From NCBI GenBank assembly GCA_050248855.1, contig JBFWRP010000007.1, positions 76,695-140,694 of the forward strand: 64,000 bases of DNA, given 5' to 3'. Source of the DNA: Planctomycetota bacterium. Its GTDB lineage: Bacteria > Planctomycetota > PLA2 > JAEUHO01. Below, piece by piece: positions 10,271 through 23,308 of the stretch. Every line of letters starts with the position of its first letter. The first letter of the stretch is position 1. The translations under genes were made by a program, and so were the position numbers. Below the pieces are notes generated by a model. It was not told the DNA's origin and searched no databases. It worked only from the letters and a program-made list of their open reading frames with translations.

Positions 10271-11296
10271 ATGTCACGTCCTGCGCTGCTCGCGTCCGTT
10301 CCCTTCCTGACCCTGGCGGCACTCGCTGCAGCCTTCGTGGCCGCGCCCGCCCCAGCGCGCGCCGACGAGCCCACGCCCACCGCTCCGTCCACGAGCGAGA
10401 CCGTCGAAGAGGAGGCGTTCGTCGTGGAGCACGACGGGCAGCCGCTGCGCGTGCGCGTACGTCGTCTGCTCGGCGGCGAGGGCGTGGAGGTCGAGGCCAC
10501 GGACGAGGCGCCGCGCGTGATGAAGGCCGTACGCATCGTGCGGCCGGGAGGCCCGGTCCAGGGTCTGCCGGGCGGTGGCCCGAGGATCCTGGGCGGCGAG
10601 CTGGAGGGCATGACCGACGCCCATCCGCGCATGCGGCGCTTGCGCGAGCTGTTCCTCCGGGGCGGCGCGACGGACGGTGACGACGCTCCCCTGATGCGGC
10701 GTGTCGAGCGCCTCGAGCAGGAGAACCGTCGCATGCGCGGCGAGCTCACGCGGCTGCAGCACCAGATGCAGCGCTTGATGGGCGCGCGCGGCATGGACCG
10801 CCCGCAGGCGCCGTCGCGCGGCAGCGAGGATCGCCTCGAGCGCATCGAGAAGCTGCTCGAGAAGCTCATCGCGCAGAAGGGGGACGCAGCCCGGGATCCC
10901 GGCCCGCGGCTCGGCGTGGGACCCGGCATCCTCCTGCGCACGCCGCACGTCGCCGAGCAGCCGTTGGGCATCGACTTCGAGCACGCCCAGCGCGAGATGC
11001 GCGAGCGCATGGAGCGGGCGCAGAAGGAAGCAGCCGAGCAGCGCGAGCGCATGCAGAAGGAACACGCTGCCCAGCGTGAGCACATGCAGGCGGAGCAGGC
11101 CCAGCAACGGATGCGCGTCGAGGCACGCATGCGCGAAGTCGAGCGCACGCTCGACCAGCTCGAGATGCGCTTGCGCGAGGCCGACCAGGCACGCCGTGCG
11201 GCCCTGGAAGAGGCCGCCGCGCTCCGCGCCCAGAAGGCCGCACTCGAGGAGGCACTGCGCGCCGCCCAGGAGAAGGCCGCCGCCGGCGCGAAGTAG
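10271..11296 (+). CDS. secreted coiled-coil protein, hypothetical
   Basis: GGGAGG SD. Signal peptide MSRPALLASVPFLTLAALAAAFVAAPAPARA. The C-terminal half is Glu/Arg/Gln/Ala-rich with heptad-like repeats. Confidence 0.6.
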   Translation: MSRPALLASVPFLTLAALAAAFVAAPAPARADEPTPTAPSTSETVEEEAFVVEHDGQPLRVRVRRLLGGEGVEVEATDEAPRVMKAVRIVRPGGPVQGLPGGGPRILGGELEGMTDAHPRMRRLRELFLRGGATDGDDAPLMRRVERLEQENRRMRGELTRLQHQMQRLMGARGMDRPQAPSRGSEDRLERIEKLLEKLIAQKGDAARDPGPRLGVGPGILLRTPHVAEQPLGIDFEHAQREMRERMERAQKEAAEQRERMQKEHAAQREHMQAEQAQQRMRVEARMREVERTLDQLEMRLREADQARRAALEEAAALRAQKAALEEALRAAQEKAAAGAK

Positions 11297-11410
11297 ACGC
11301 CGGGCCCCGAGGCGAGCGCTCGTCCCCCCGGGGACGGGCCGCGTGCGGAGGCGGGCGGGCTATAAGGGGGTGCCGCCCTGCCGGGGCGGCCCCGCGCCCG
11401 GAGCCTGCCC

Positions 11411-14194
11411 GTGATCCGACGACACCTGCCCCGCGTCCTGCTGGGTGCCGCCGCCCTCGCCCTCCTCGCCGCGGGACTGCTGCGCGGTGCCTCCGTCGAC
11501 GCCGGCAACACGTACCGCCTCGAGGGCGCCCCCGACGACATCTACGACGAGATCGCGAAGATCCACGAGCGCAAGGACGTGGAGGCGGCCCTGCCGCTGC
11601 TCGAGGCCGCGGTCGAGTTCTCCGACCCCTACCTCGCCGTCGCCGCGGGCGAAGCGCTGCGCGCCATGGGCGAGGAGGCCCTTGCGACCTCTCTCTTGGC
11701 GAACGGCGACTTCAAGAAGTGGTGGAAGAAGGCGCTGAAGGCCAAGGAGGACCGCGAGCAGATCGCGCTCGCCCACGTGCTCGGCGCCTGGCGACACCCC
11801 GAAGTCGACGAAGGCATGGCCCACCTTGCCAGCGGCCGCCGCTCGGTCGAAGTGCAAGCCGCAAGCCTCTGCCTGGCCGGCTCGCTCCAGCCGGGCAAGG
11901 GACGCGAGTTCCCCGAGACGAAGAGGGCCATCGGCGATGCGCTGCGCAAGGGGCGCAACCAGGAGATCCTCTGTGCGGCGGCGTCGGCCGCCGGTCGCTG
12001 GCGCGACAAGGACTTCGAGGAGGCCCTGGTCGGCATCGTCAAGGGTGACCGCGACGAGTACCCCGGGCTCTACGCCGTGTGGGCCCTCAAGCAGATCGGC
12101 TACGAGGGCGGCATCTCGTCTTTCGTCTACGTCGCGTCGAAGAGCCCGAAGAAGACGACGCTGCAGGCCAACCTGAAGGCCATCACCGAGCTGGCCACGC
12201 TCAGGGACGTGGACGAGCTCCTCGGCCTGAGCCGCACCTCCAAGCAGGACTTGCGCGACGCGGCCGTCTTGGCCCTGGCGCGCCTGCCGTGGCGTTCCGT
12301 GCGGGGTCGTCTTCCGGGTCAGGAGCCGCCTTCCGAGGCGGTCGTCACGGGCGAGAAGACCCGGAAGGCGATCATCGAACCGCTGCCCGACCCCAAGCTG
12401 GACATCCCGGACAAGGTCGTGGAGCGCCTGATCCAGATCGTGCGCGAGGACTCCAGCTGGGAAGTCCGTGACGCGGCACGCCAGGGGCTGCTCCGCTTCG
12501 GCAAGCGTGCCGAGGCCAAGGTCGTCGCCGACATGCCCTCCCTCGTGACGGCGAGCAGCGCAGACGTCGCCTACACGGCGATCGAGCTCTGTGGCCGCTT
12601 CGGAGCCAAGGCCGCGTACGACGACCTCCTCAAGATCGCGCTCTACGAACAGAAGGACCGCGCGCTGCGCATGTTCGCGTACCGCGCGCTCGAGGGCATC
12701 GACCCCGACAAGGCGGTGGCGGACTACAAGGAAGCCTTCCGCCCCCGACCCAAGCCCAAGGAGAGCGAAGTCTCCGCCGTGCGCGGCCTCGGCTACATCC
12801 GCACGAAGGCGTCCTTCGACGCCCTGCTCGACCTCGTCACCTCCGTGCAGCCCTACAGCGAGGAGATGCTGCGCGAGGGGGAGCTGGCCCTGGAGCGGCT
12901 CACCAGCCATCGCTTCGGGCGTCTGCGCAGCTCGTGGACGTCGTGGTACGAGCGCGTTGAGGCGCCCTTCTCGCCCCGCATCAAGGAGTTCGACCGGGCG
13001 GCCAATCGACGGGCGGCCATGGACAAGGGCCTGTTCGGCCTGACCCAGGCCACGGAGCGCGCCGTGGAGGACGGGCTCCGCTGGCTCGCCCGCCAGCAGC
13101 ATCCGATCGGCGTGTGGGACGGCAACGAGAAGGGCTTCGGCGGCGTCGTGAACTGCGAGCCCGCCTACACCGGCCTCTCGCTGCTGGCCTTCCTGGGCGC
13201 CGGGTACCAGGGCGACCACGGCAAGCACAGCGAGACCATCCGCCGCGCGTCCGAGTTCCTGGCGGCGACGCAGTTCTACGACGGCGGGTTCCCCGTCACG
13301 GGAGGCGGCGACGACAGCTGGATCTACGCGTACCTGATCGGCATGGCCGTCTGGGGGCTCAACGAGGCCTACGGCCTGACGGGCGACGAGGCCTTGGCCG
13401 AGCCCGCGCAATGGGGCATCGACTACCTCGTGCGCGTACAGACGCCGGGCGCCGGCTGGCGCTACGGGCCGCGGTACGTGCAGAGCGACACGTCGTGCAC
13501 GTCGTGGGTGCTGATGGCCACGAAGATGGCCGACATGCTGGGTCTGGATGTCGCCCAGAAGAGCTGGGACGGCATCGATGACTGGCTGGAGCGCTGCTCG
13601 CTGGACATCACGGGCGAGGTCGAGAAGCCCGAGGACCTCTCCGACGACTACGAGCATGAAGTCGGCATCCAGCGCCAGTTCGAGGCCTTCACCAGCTACT
13701 TCGAGCTGGAAGGCAAGGACACGCGCGGCGCCCAGAAGATCAGCATGACGGCAGTCGGCATGGTCTGCCGCTTCTTCATGGGCTGGAAGCGCAGCCACCC
13801 GTTCCAGATCGGGTCGGCGAACTTCCTGATGAAGTTCACGCCCGAGTGGATGAGCGGCATGACGCAAGACCAGAACGTCGCTTGGTACCACTACTACTGG
13901 TACTACGGCACTCTCGCGATGCATCAGATGGGTGGCAAGTACTGGCGCGCGTGGAACCAGAAGATCAAGAAGATGTATCCCGAGAAGCAACGCCAGTCGC
14001 CCGATGAGCTACGCGGCTCGTGGGACCCGGATCCCACCGTGCTCAACGGCGGCCGCATCTTCTCGACGGCCATGTCGATCCTGAGCCTGGAGTCCTACTA
14101 CCGATTCTCGCCCTTGCTTGGCGAGAAGGGGGCCGAGGACGGAGTCGGCGACGACAAGGACGCCGGCGCACCCGACGGCGGCGGCTCCAAGTAA
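11411..14194 (+). CDS. secreted HEAT-repeat protein fused to a prenyltransferase/terpene-cyclase-like alpha-alpha toroid domain
   Basis: GTG start with a signal peptide. About 500 aa of HEAT/ARM-like repeats. C-terminal repeats (RWLARQQHPIGVWDG, ATQFYDGGFP, RVQTPGAGWRYG, CTSWVLMA) are typical of prenyltransferase/squalene-oxidase repeats. Confidence 0.7.
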   Translation: MIRRHLPRVLLGAAALALLAAGLLRGASVDAGNTYRLEGAPDDIYDEIAKIHERKDVEAALPLLEAAVEFSDPYLAVAAGEALRAMGEEALATSLLANGDFKKWWKKALKAKEDREQIALAHVLGAWRHPEVDEGMAHLASGRRSVEVQAASLCLAGSLQPGKGREFPETKRAIGDALRKGRNQEILCAAASAAGRWRDKDFEEALVGIVKGDRDEYPGLYAVWALKQIGYEGGISSFVYVASKSPKKTTLQANLKAITELATLRDVDELLGLSRTSKQDLRDAAVLALARLPWRSVRGRLPGQEPPSEAVVTGEKTRKAIIEPLPDPKLDIPDKVVERLIQIVREDSSWEVRDAARQGLLRFGKRAEAKVVADMPSLVTASSADVAYTAIELCGRFGAKAAYDDLLKIALYEQKDRALRMFAYRALEGIDPDKAVADYKEAFRPRPKPKESEVSAVRGLGYIRTKASFDALLDLVTSVQPYSEEMLREGELALERLTSHRFGRLRSSWTSWYERVEAPFSPRIKEFDRAANRRAAMDKGLFGLTQATERAVEDGLRWLARQQHPIGVWDGNEKGFGGVVNCEPAYTGLSLLAFLGAGYQGDHGKHSETIRRASEFLAATQFYDGGFPVTGGGDDSWIYAYLIGMAVWGLNEAYGLTGDEALAEPAQWGIDYLVRVQTPGAGWRYGPRYVQSDTSCTSWVLMATKMADMLGLDVAQKSWDGIDDWLERCSLDITGEVEKPEDLSDDYEHEVGIQRQFEAFTSYFELEGKDTRGAQKISMTAVGMVCRFFMGWKRSHPFQIGSANFLMKFTPEWMSGMTQDQNVAWYHYYWYYGTLAMHQMGGKYWRAWNQKIKKMYPEKQRQSPDELRGSWDPDPTVLNGGRIFSTAMSILSLESYYRFSPLLGEKGAEDGVGDDKDAGAPDGGGSK

Positions 14195-14197
14195 CCA

Positions 14198-14227
14198 CGT
14201 ACGGTGCCAGAGCAATTCCTATCACTC
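14198..14227. repeat. left 30-bp terminal inverted repeat
   Basis: CGTACGGTGCCAGAGCAATTCCTATCACTC. Overlaps the transposase stop codon (14226-14228). Confidence 0.9.
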
Positions 14228-15215
14228 ACTGCGGCTCCAGGCAGGCGCCGGCGAGTCGGGCCGCGACCCTCGCGTACTCCTCGTCGATGCGGAGCAGGTT
14301 GGCGTGCTGCTCCACTCGACGCCTCGCCATGTTCGGCGAGCTGCCCGTTCTGCGACCGATCTCGGCGTAGGTCTGCCCGGCCAGGTCGCGAAGCAGCCCC
14401 ATTTCGAGGACCGGCCATGCATCCGGTATCCGCACGCCCGGAGACTTGTGGGCGAACGCTCCGTAGAGCCCACGCTCACGTGCGACGAGCTTCGCCACCC
14501 GGCTGGCGCTTACGTAGGGTTGGCCGGACTTCGTACCATCTGCCAGGCGGGCCTTGCTCAGCATCCAGGCCAGGACCTTGGGCGGGGCTGCTCCGACCAA
14601 GTCGTCCCAGTCGTCATCGGAGGCTGCGTGGGCCAGCCGCGCCTCCACGATGCGCCGCTCCTCGTCCATGAGCGGCCGCCCGAAGCACCGGGCATAGGCC
14701 ACCGCACGATCCCGAGGGGCCGGACTGCCCATGGTGCGGTCCACATAGTCCGTCGCCAGCCAGCGAGGCCGGCGTTCGCTGGCGTACAGGGCGGCACTGC
14801 CCCACGGGTAGCGATCCGCCGACGAGACAAGGCGAGCGTGGGGTGCGTTCTGGTCGATGTAGCGGACCAAGACGTACAGGTAGCGCGCCGATTCGACGGG
14901 CTTGGCACGGTAGCGCCCTCGGAAGAGCGGACCGTCACGCTTGCGCGTTCGATTGAAGTAGCGGACGTACCGATTCGTTACGCGTTGCATGACGCAAGCG
15001 AGCTCGCCGGTTTGGCTTCGCACGAGCAAGTGGAAGTGCGTCGTGAGGATGACGAACGCCAAGACCTCGATGCGACGCGCTCGGACCTCCAGCGCCAGCA
15101 GGGCCAGGAAGTAGCGGACGTCACGCCGAGTCTCGAACGTGGTCCGGCGCGCGATGCCCCGGTTCATCACATGGTGCAGCAGTCCGGGTGCATCGAAGCG
15201 CCGAGGGCGAGACAT
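14226..15215 (-). CDS. REP-associated tyrosine transposase (Y1 HUH, IS200-like) with a C-terminal DnaA-domain-IV-like HTH
   Basis: 329 aa with a GGAGGA SD. LLHHVMNRG, the HUH motif THFHLLV, and the catalytic-Tyr motif VRYIDQN. The C-terminal LAGQTYAEIGRRTGSSPNMARRRVEQH is HTH-like. Confidence 0.85.
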   Translation of the reverse strand: MSRPRRFDAPGLLHHVMNRGIARRTTFETRRDVRYFLALLALEVRARRIEVLAFVILTTHFHLLVRSQTGELACVMQRVTNRYVRYFNRTRKRDGPLFRGRYRAKPVESARYLYVLVRYIDQNAPHARLVSSADRYPWGSAALYASERRPRWLATDYVDRTMGSPAPRDRAVAYARCFGRPLMDEERRIVEARLAHAASDDDWDDLVGAAPPKVLAWMLSKARLADGTKSGQPYVSASRVAKLVARERGLYGAFAHKSPGVRIPDAWPVLEMGLLRDLAGQTYAEIGRRTGSSPNMARRRVEQHANLLRIDEEYARVAARLAGACLEPQ

Positions 15216-15270
15216 GGCGATCCTCCGGGAGTCGCCTTCGCCTCGCGGAGCCAGCCGGACCGGTCACGCC

Positions 15271-15300
15271 GAGTGATAGGAATTGCTCTGGCACCGTACG
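15271..15300. repeat. right 30-bp terminal inverted repeat
   Basis: GAGTGATAGGAATTGCTCTGGCACCGTACG, the exact reverse complement of 14198-14227. Confidence 0.9.
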
Positions 15301-15317
15301 GTCAAGTAACCGTACGG

Positions 15318-16106
15318 TCAGGTGCGGGGGATGAGGAGCTCGCGGAGGGCGAGCGGCGGCGTCTGATCGGCGACGAGGCCGATCTCGACGGGGTCGGTGG
15401 CGCGTGCGCCGGGCCGCACGGCGGCGGGGCGCGCGAGCGTCGTCCAGATGTCCGCACCGTTGCGGCGCACCACGACGCGAAGCGGTGCATCGCCGACCGT
15501 CTCGAACACGCCGCGGTCCCGGGCGATGTAGCTGGCCACGCAGAGCGCCGTCCCCCCCATGCCGACCAGCCGACCGACGAACTTGGGGCCGGCCAGATGC
15601 TGGTCGCCGAAGGCGAGCACGTCCAGGGACACGCCCGGCTTGACGAGCAGCGGCAGGGCCTCGAGCAGGACCGGCTCGGTCCAGTCGGGCGTCAGAAGCG
15701 GTCGGCGCTCGTCGAGCAGCCCGACGCGTCGCTGCTCGGAGACGGTCAACGGCCTCGTGAAACGGCAGCCGACGTAGGTGAGGTCGTCCTCGCCCATGCG
15801 CGTGGCGACGCGTACGGGCAAGGCGTCGCGCTCCAGCTCGACGCCGTCGAACACGAGCACGAACCCGGTCGCCAGACGCTCATGGAGCGACATCATGGCG
15901 AGCCCGCCGGCCACGCCCTCGGCAGCCAGGTCCGCCGAGCTGATGGCCACGAGGGCGCCCCCCTCGGAGACGTCGACCACGAGGGCCAGCACGTCGAGCG
16001 CGGGGGCGCGGACGCGCGCCCGCAAGCGCATCTCGACGCGCGGCGAACGGCGCTTCCCGGACAGGAACGCGCGCAGGGGGTCGGCCAGCGGCGGGGCGGA
16101 GGACAT
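15318..16106 (-). CDS. PilZ-domain protein (c-di-GMP receptor)
   Basis: Internal ATG 5 nt after the upstream stop. RRSPRVEMR (RxxxR) and DVSEGGA (DxSxxG) are the PilZ c-di-GMP binding motifs. 262 aa, with a second beta-rich half. Confidence 0.8.
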   Translation of the reverse strand: MSSAPPLADPLRAFLSGKRRSPRVEMRLRARVRAPALDVLALVVDVSEGGALVAISSADLAAEGVAGGLAMMSLHERLATGFVLVFDGVELERDALPVRVATRMGEDDLTYVGCRFTRPLTVSEQRRVGLLDERRPLLTPDWTEPVLLEALPLLVKPGVSLDVLAFGDQHLAGPKFVGRLVGMGGTALCVASYIARDRGVFETVGDAPLRVVVRRNGADIWTTLARPAAVRPGARATDPVEIGLVADQTPPLALRELLIPRT

Positions 16107-16111
16107 GGTCC

Positions 16112-17236
16112 CTATCGGGTGCCTACCCGGGCCTTGACCATCTTCTGGACACCGGCGCGATCGGGCAGCTGGCCAAGACCGATGGCCTCGATCTCCTTGC
16201 GGTAGCGCTCGGTGGCATCTTGCGTGAGCGCCTCGATGCGCGGCAGGGCGCGCTCGAAGGCCTCGACGACCGTGGGATCGAACTGCGTGCCCGCGCAGCG
16301 GCGGAGCTCGGCGATGGCCACCGACGAGGGCTGGGGGCCCTTGTAGCAACGCTCGCTGATGATGGCGTCGTAGGCATCCACGCACGCGAAGATGCGCGCG
16401 GCCAACGGGATCTCCTCACCGGACAGGCCATCCGGATACCCGCCACCGTCCCAGCGTTCGTGGTGATGGCGGATCACCGTGCTGGCGGCCGCCAGGAACG
16501 GGATGCGCGCCACGAAGTCCGCGCCGAACTCGGGGTGCATCCGCATCACCTTCCACTCGTCTTCGTCGAGCGGACCGGGCTTGGTCAGGATGGCGTCGGG
16601 CACGCGGTACTTGCCGACGTCGTGCAGCATGGCGCCCAGCTGCACATCGCGCAGCTCGCGCTCGCTGAAACCCATCTCGCGGGCCAGCAGCGTGCAGATG
16701 TCGCGCACGCGCCACAAGTGGCCCATCGTGCTGGCGTCCTTGCCTTCGATCATCGAGGCGAAGCCGATCACCGTGCCGTCGTAGGTGCGGCGCAGCTCGT
16801 CTTCCTTCTCGGCGAGGCGCTGTTCGAGCTGTGCCTTGTAGTTGATGCGCAGCTTGTAGACCTGACGGAGCTCGAGCGCGCGGTTGACGGCGTCGGCGAT
16901 CTCGACGAGGTCGAAGGGGTTCTTCTGCAGGAAGTTGCAGGCGCCGAGGCGGATCGCCTCCATGGCGTACTTCCACTCGTCGTAGGCCGTCAGGATCATG
17001 AACGGCGTGACGGACTCGACGTAGGGGCGCACCCGCCGCAGGAAGGCCAAACCGTCCATCTTCGGCATGTGGATGTCGCTGATGATCAGGTCGTAGCCGT
17101 CCTTGTCGGCCAGGATCTTGCGGACCCCCTCCTCGCCGTTGCCCGCTTGTTCGCACGTATGGCCCTGGCTGGTGAGGTGCCGGGCGAGCACGTCACGCAG
17201 GGTCTCCTCGTCTTCGACGATCAGGATGCGTCCCAT
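16112..17236 (-). CDS. response regulator with HD-GYP domain (RpfG-type c-di-GMP phosphodiesterase)
   Basis: Receiver: ILIVEDEE...DLIISDIHMPKMDG. HD-GYP: HDVGKYRVP and HHERWDGGGYPDGL. GGAG SD. Confidence 0.9.
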   Translation of the reverse strand: MGRILIVEDEETLRDVLARHLTSQGHTCEQAGNGEEGVRKILADKDGYDLIISDIHMPKMDGLAFLRRVRPYVESVTPFMILTAYDEWKYAMEAIRLGACNFLQKNPFDLVEIADAVNRALELRQVYKLRINYKAQLEQRLAEKEDELRRTYDGTVIGFASMIEGKDASTMGHLWRVRDICTLLAREMGFSERELRDVQLGAMLHDVGKYRVPDAILTKPGPLDEDEWKVMRMHPEFGADFVARIPFLAAASTVIRHHHERWDGGGYPDGLSGEEIPLAARIFACVDAYDAIISERCYKGPQPSSVAIAELRRCAGTQFDPTVVEAFERALPRIEALTQDATERYRKEIEAIGLGQLPDRAGVQKMVKARVGTR

Positions 17237-17299
17237 GGGGCTCCGGGGGGCTGACAGGGCGTCATCCTTCTTGTCGGACCGTCTCCCCCCCCTGCTTGA

Positions 17300-21169
<3,870 letters not shown>

Positions 21170-21341
21170 ACCCGGGGGAACGAGGCCGCCCTTGCCTCGG
21201 GCCGCCGAGCCGCCGATGCAAAGGTCGTGGGAACGCGCGGCGTGCCGCTGCGTCCAACCCACGGGATGGGGCCCTGCGGCCCCCGCCGCGCCCGTAGTCT
21301 CGGACCGGGGCCCACCCGGCGCCCGGAAGGAGAAGAGGTCC

Positions 21342-23219
21342 ATGCAGAGTCACCAGCAGGCCGCCCGCCGACGTGCCGCGACCACGTGGGCGGTGGTTGC
21401 CCTCTTCGGCGCGCTTCTGCTCACGAGCGGCGGTACCGCCGAGGCCGGCGCACCGCCGACCAACTGGACGTACCGCGACCGGGCGCACAAGTTCTCGCTG
21501 AAGATGTTCAGGGGGTTCGAGCGCGTCCCCTTGCAGCCGGGCGAAGAAGAGAACCGGGGCATGGTCGTGCGCTTTGCCGACCCCAAGAGCAAGGGCCAGA
21601 ACCGCGGCACCTACGACGTCGAGGTCGAAGTCGTCAAGATCGACACGGTCGAAGGGGGCGTCGGCGGCGGCGTGACCACCGGGGACGGGTTGCCGGACGG
21701 AATGCCGCCCGAGATTGCCCGCGCCATGCGCGGGTTCCGACCCAAGAGCGCCTGGGACGCCACGATCGTCCAGGCCCTCTCCGTCTCCGGGGTCGAAGAC
21801 GACGAGATGTCCGAGCTCAAGGACAAGCCCGACAAGAAGATCGAGTCCAAGGACAAGCCGAAGATCCCCGGCGTGCTCTACAAGATCGAGCGCGCCGTGC
21901 CCACGCTCTATGGCGAGGAGCTCAGCTTGTTCATGGTGCTGGCCGTCTTCGTCAAGGACAACGTCGAGTACGGCGTCTACATGACCTGTGGCGGCAAGCT
22001 CCGCAAGAGCTACGAGAGCTCGTTCGAGCGCATCGCCAAGTCCTTCATGTGGTTCGACGACAAGGCCAAGGACATCGAGAGCCTGGACATCCTGGACGGC
22101 GTCAACATCAGCGCGAAGCGCCGCCGCGAGATCGAGCGCGGCCTGGTCAAGGGCTGGGACGTCGTGGTGAGTCCCAAGAAGAACTACATCGTCGTCTACA
22201 ACACCAACAACAACAAAAACAAGCTGCTTGCGAAGATCATCGCCGAGCGGATCGAAGCGATTCGCGAGCAGATCTACGAGGTGCAGTTCCCGCCGTCCGA
22301 GCCCATCGAAGCCGTGTCCATCGTGCGCGTCTGCAAGGATCGCCGCGAGTACATGGCCTACGGCGCGCCGGGCGGCAGCGCCGGCTACTGGAGCAGCGCC
22401 GACGAGGAGCTGGTCTTCTACGATGCCAGCCCGAGCAAGAAGCCCGATGACGACACCCTCGCGGTGCTCTATCACGAGGCGTTCCACCAGTACATCTTCT
22501 ACAGCGTGGGCAACGTCGCCCCGCACTCGTGGTTCAACGAAGGCCACGGCGACTACTACGCCGGCGCCGAGTTCAAGGGCGGCAAGTTCCGCATCGAGCC
22601 GTTCGACTGGCGCCAGGGCACGATCCGCGGCGCCATCGTGACCGGGCCGCGCGGAGTCGTCAGCGAGAAGGAGGGTCGTCGCCAGTACGACGGCAACGGC
22701 GGCTACACGCCGCTCTGCGACTTCGTGCGCTTCACGCAGGGAGAGTACTACTCCTACCCCGGCATCTGCTACGCGCAGGGCTGGTCGCTCATCTACTTCC
22801 TGCGCGAGATCGTCCCGAAGAACAAGAAGTACAACGAGAAGTGGGGCCGCATCCTCGAGGTCTACTTCGACACGCTGAAGGCCGAGGTCAAGCAGGACAG
22901 GGAGTTCGGCGGCTTCCGTCCGCGCCCGCGCGACGACGATGACGACGACGACGGGGGTGACGAGGGGGACGAGGGCGGGGATGAAGACGGTCCTCCGCCC
23001 CCCGGTGACGGTCCTCCGGTCGGCCCCCCCGGCGACGGCGAGGGTGACGGTGGTGGGGACGAGCCCGACGACCCGGACGCCACGTTCTCCGCGCCCCGGC
23101 CCACCGGCGGCTTCGGTCCCAGCGCGGCGCTCGAGAAGGCCGTCCAGGAGGCGTTCAAGGACGTCGACTGGGAGGAGCTCGAAGAGGCTTGGCGCGAGGC
23201 CACCAAGCGCGGGAAGTGA
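21342..23219 (+). CDS. secreted putative zinc metallopeptidase (DUF1570 / peptidase-MA-like) with an acidic C-terminal tail
   Basis: GGAAGGAGAAGAGG SD and a signal peptide. YHEAFHQY (HExxH) followed by WFNEGHGDYY. Asp/Gly/Pro-rich low-complexity stretch near the C-terminus. Confidence 0.6.
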   Translation: MQSHQQAARRRAATTWAVVALFGALLLTSGGTAEAGAPPTNWTYRDRAHKFSLKMFRGFERVPLQPGEEENRGMVVRFADPKSKGQNRGTYDVEVEVVKIDTVEGGVGGGVTTGDGLPDGMPPEIARAMRGFRPKSAWDATIVQALSVSGVEDDEMSELKDKPDKKIESKDKPKIPGVLYKIERAVPTLYGEELSLFMVLAVFVKDNVEYGVYMTCGGKLRKSYESSFERIAKSFMWFDDKAKDIESLDILDGVNISAKRRREIERGLVKGWDVVVSPKKNYIVVYNTNNNKNKLLAKIIAERIEAIREQIYEVQFPPSEPIEAVSIVRVCKDRREYMAYGAPGGSAGYWSSADEELVFYDASPSKKPDDDTLAVLYHEAFHQYIFYSVGNVAPHSWFNEGHGDYYAGAEFKGGKFRIEPFDWRQGTIRGAIVTGPRGVVSEKEGRRQYDGNGGYTPLCDFVRFTQGEYYSYPGICYAQGWSLIYFLREIVPKNKKYNEKWGRILEVYFDTLKAEVKQDREFGGFRPRPRDDDDDDDGGDEGDEGGDEDGPPPPGDGPPVGPPGDGEGDGGGDEPDDPDATFSAPRPTGGFGPSAALEKAVQEAFKDVDWEELEEAWREATKRGK

Positions 23220-23240
23220 CCCGTCCCGACGCGGGTTTTG
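23219..23240 (+). terminator. weak terminator-like hairpin plus T-tract after 21342..23219
   Basis: ACCCG-tcccgacg-CGGGT followed by TTTTG. Confidence 0.35.
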
Positions 23241-23308
23241 CCCAGCTCCTGCGTTCGGCCCCCGCCGGGCCGGGCCACCATGGCTCCCCGTCCGTAGGGA
23301 GCCCGTCC

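Larger units (their letters stand above)
14198..15300 (-). mobile_element. RAYT / IS200-IS605-like Y1 transposase element bounded by 30-bp inverted repeats
   Basis: Perfect inverted repeat at both ends. A 9-bp direct repeat CAAGTAACC lies just outside (14188-14196 and 15303-15311). The element sits between the stop codons of two convergent genes. Confidence 0.7.

Noticed and set aside
11360-13990. 876-aa minus-strand ORF
   Set aside because: It is antisense to the HEAT/prenyltransferase-like gene, which has a signal peptide and recognisable repeats. The shadow ORF has no motif.
15289-15294. TGGCAC (sigma54 -24-like) motif
   Set aside because: It lies inside the right inverted repeat of the RAYT element. 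It lacks a TTGC -12 element at the right spacing. Other TGGCAC occurrences are intragenic, likewise without TTGC.
17285-17292. C8/G8 homopolymer in the GT2/HD-GYP intergenic spacer (possible phase-variation tract)
   Set aside because: It is not positioned within a recognisable promoter spacer or coding frame. Homopolymeric G/C runs of this length are expected in such GC-rich DNA.
22929-23060. GAC/GGG-rich low-complexity DNA
   Set aside because: It is coding sequence for the Asp/Gly/Pro tail of the DUF1570-like protein. It is not a tandem repeat with fixed units and is not CRISPR-like.
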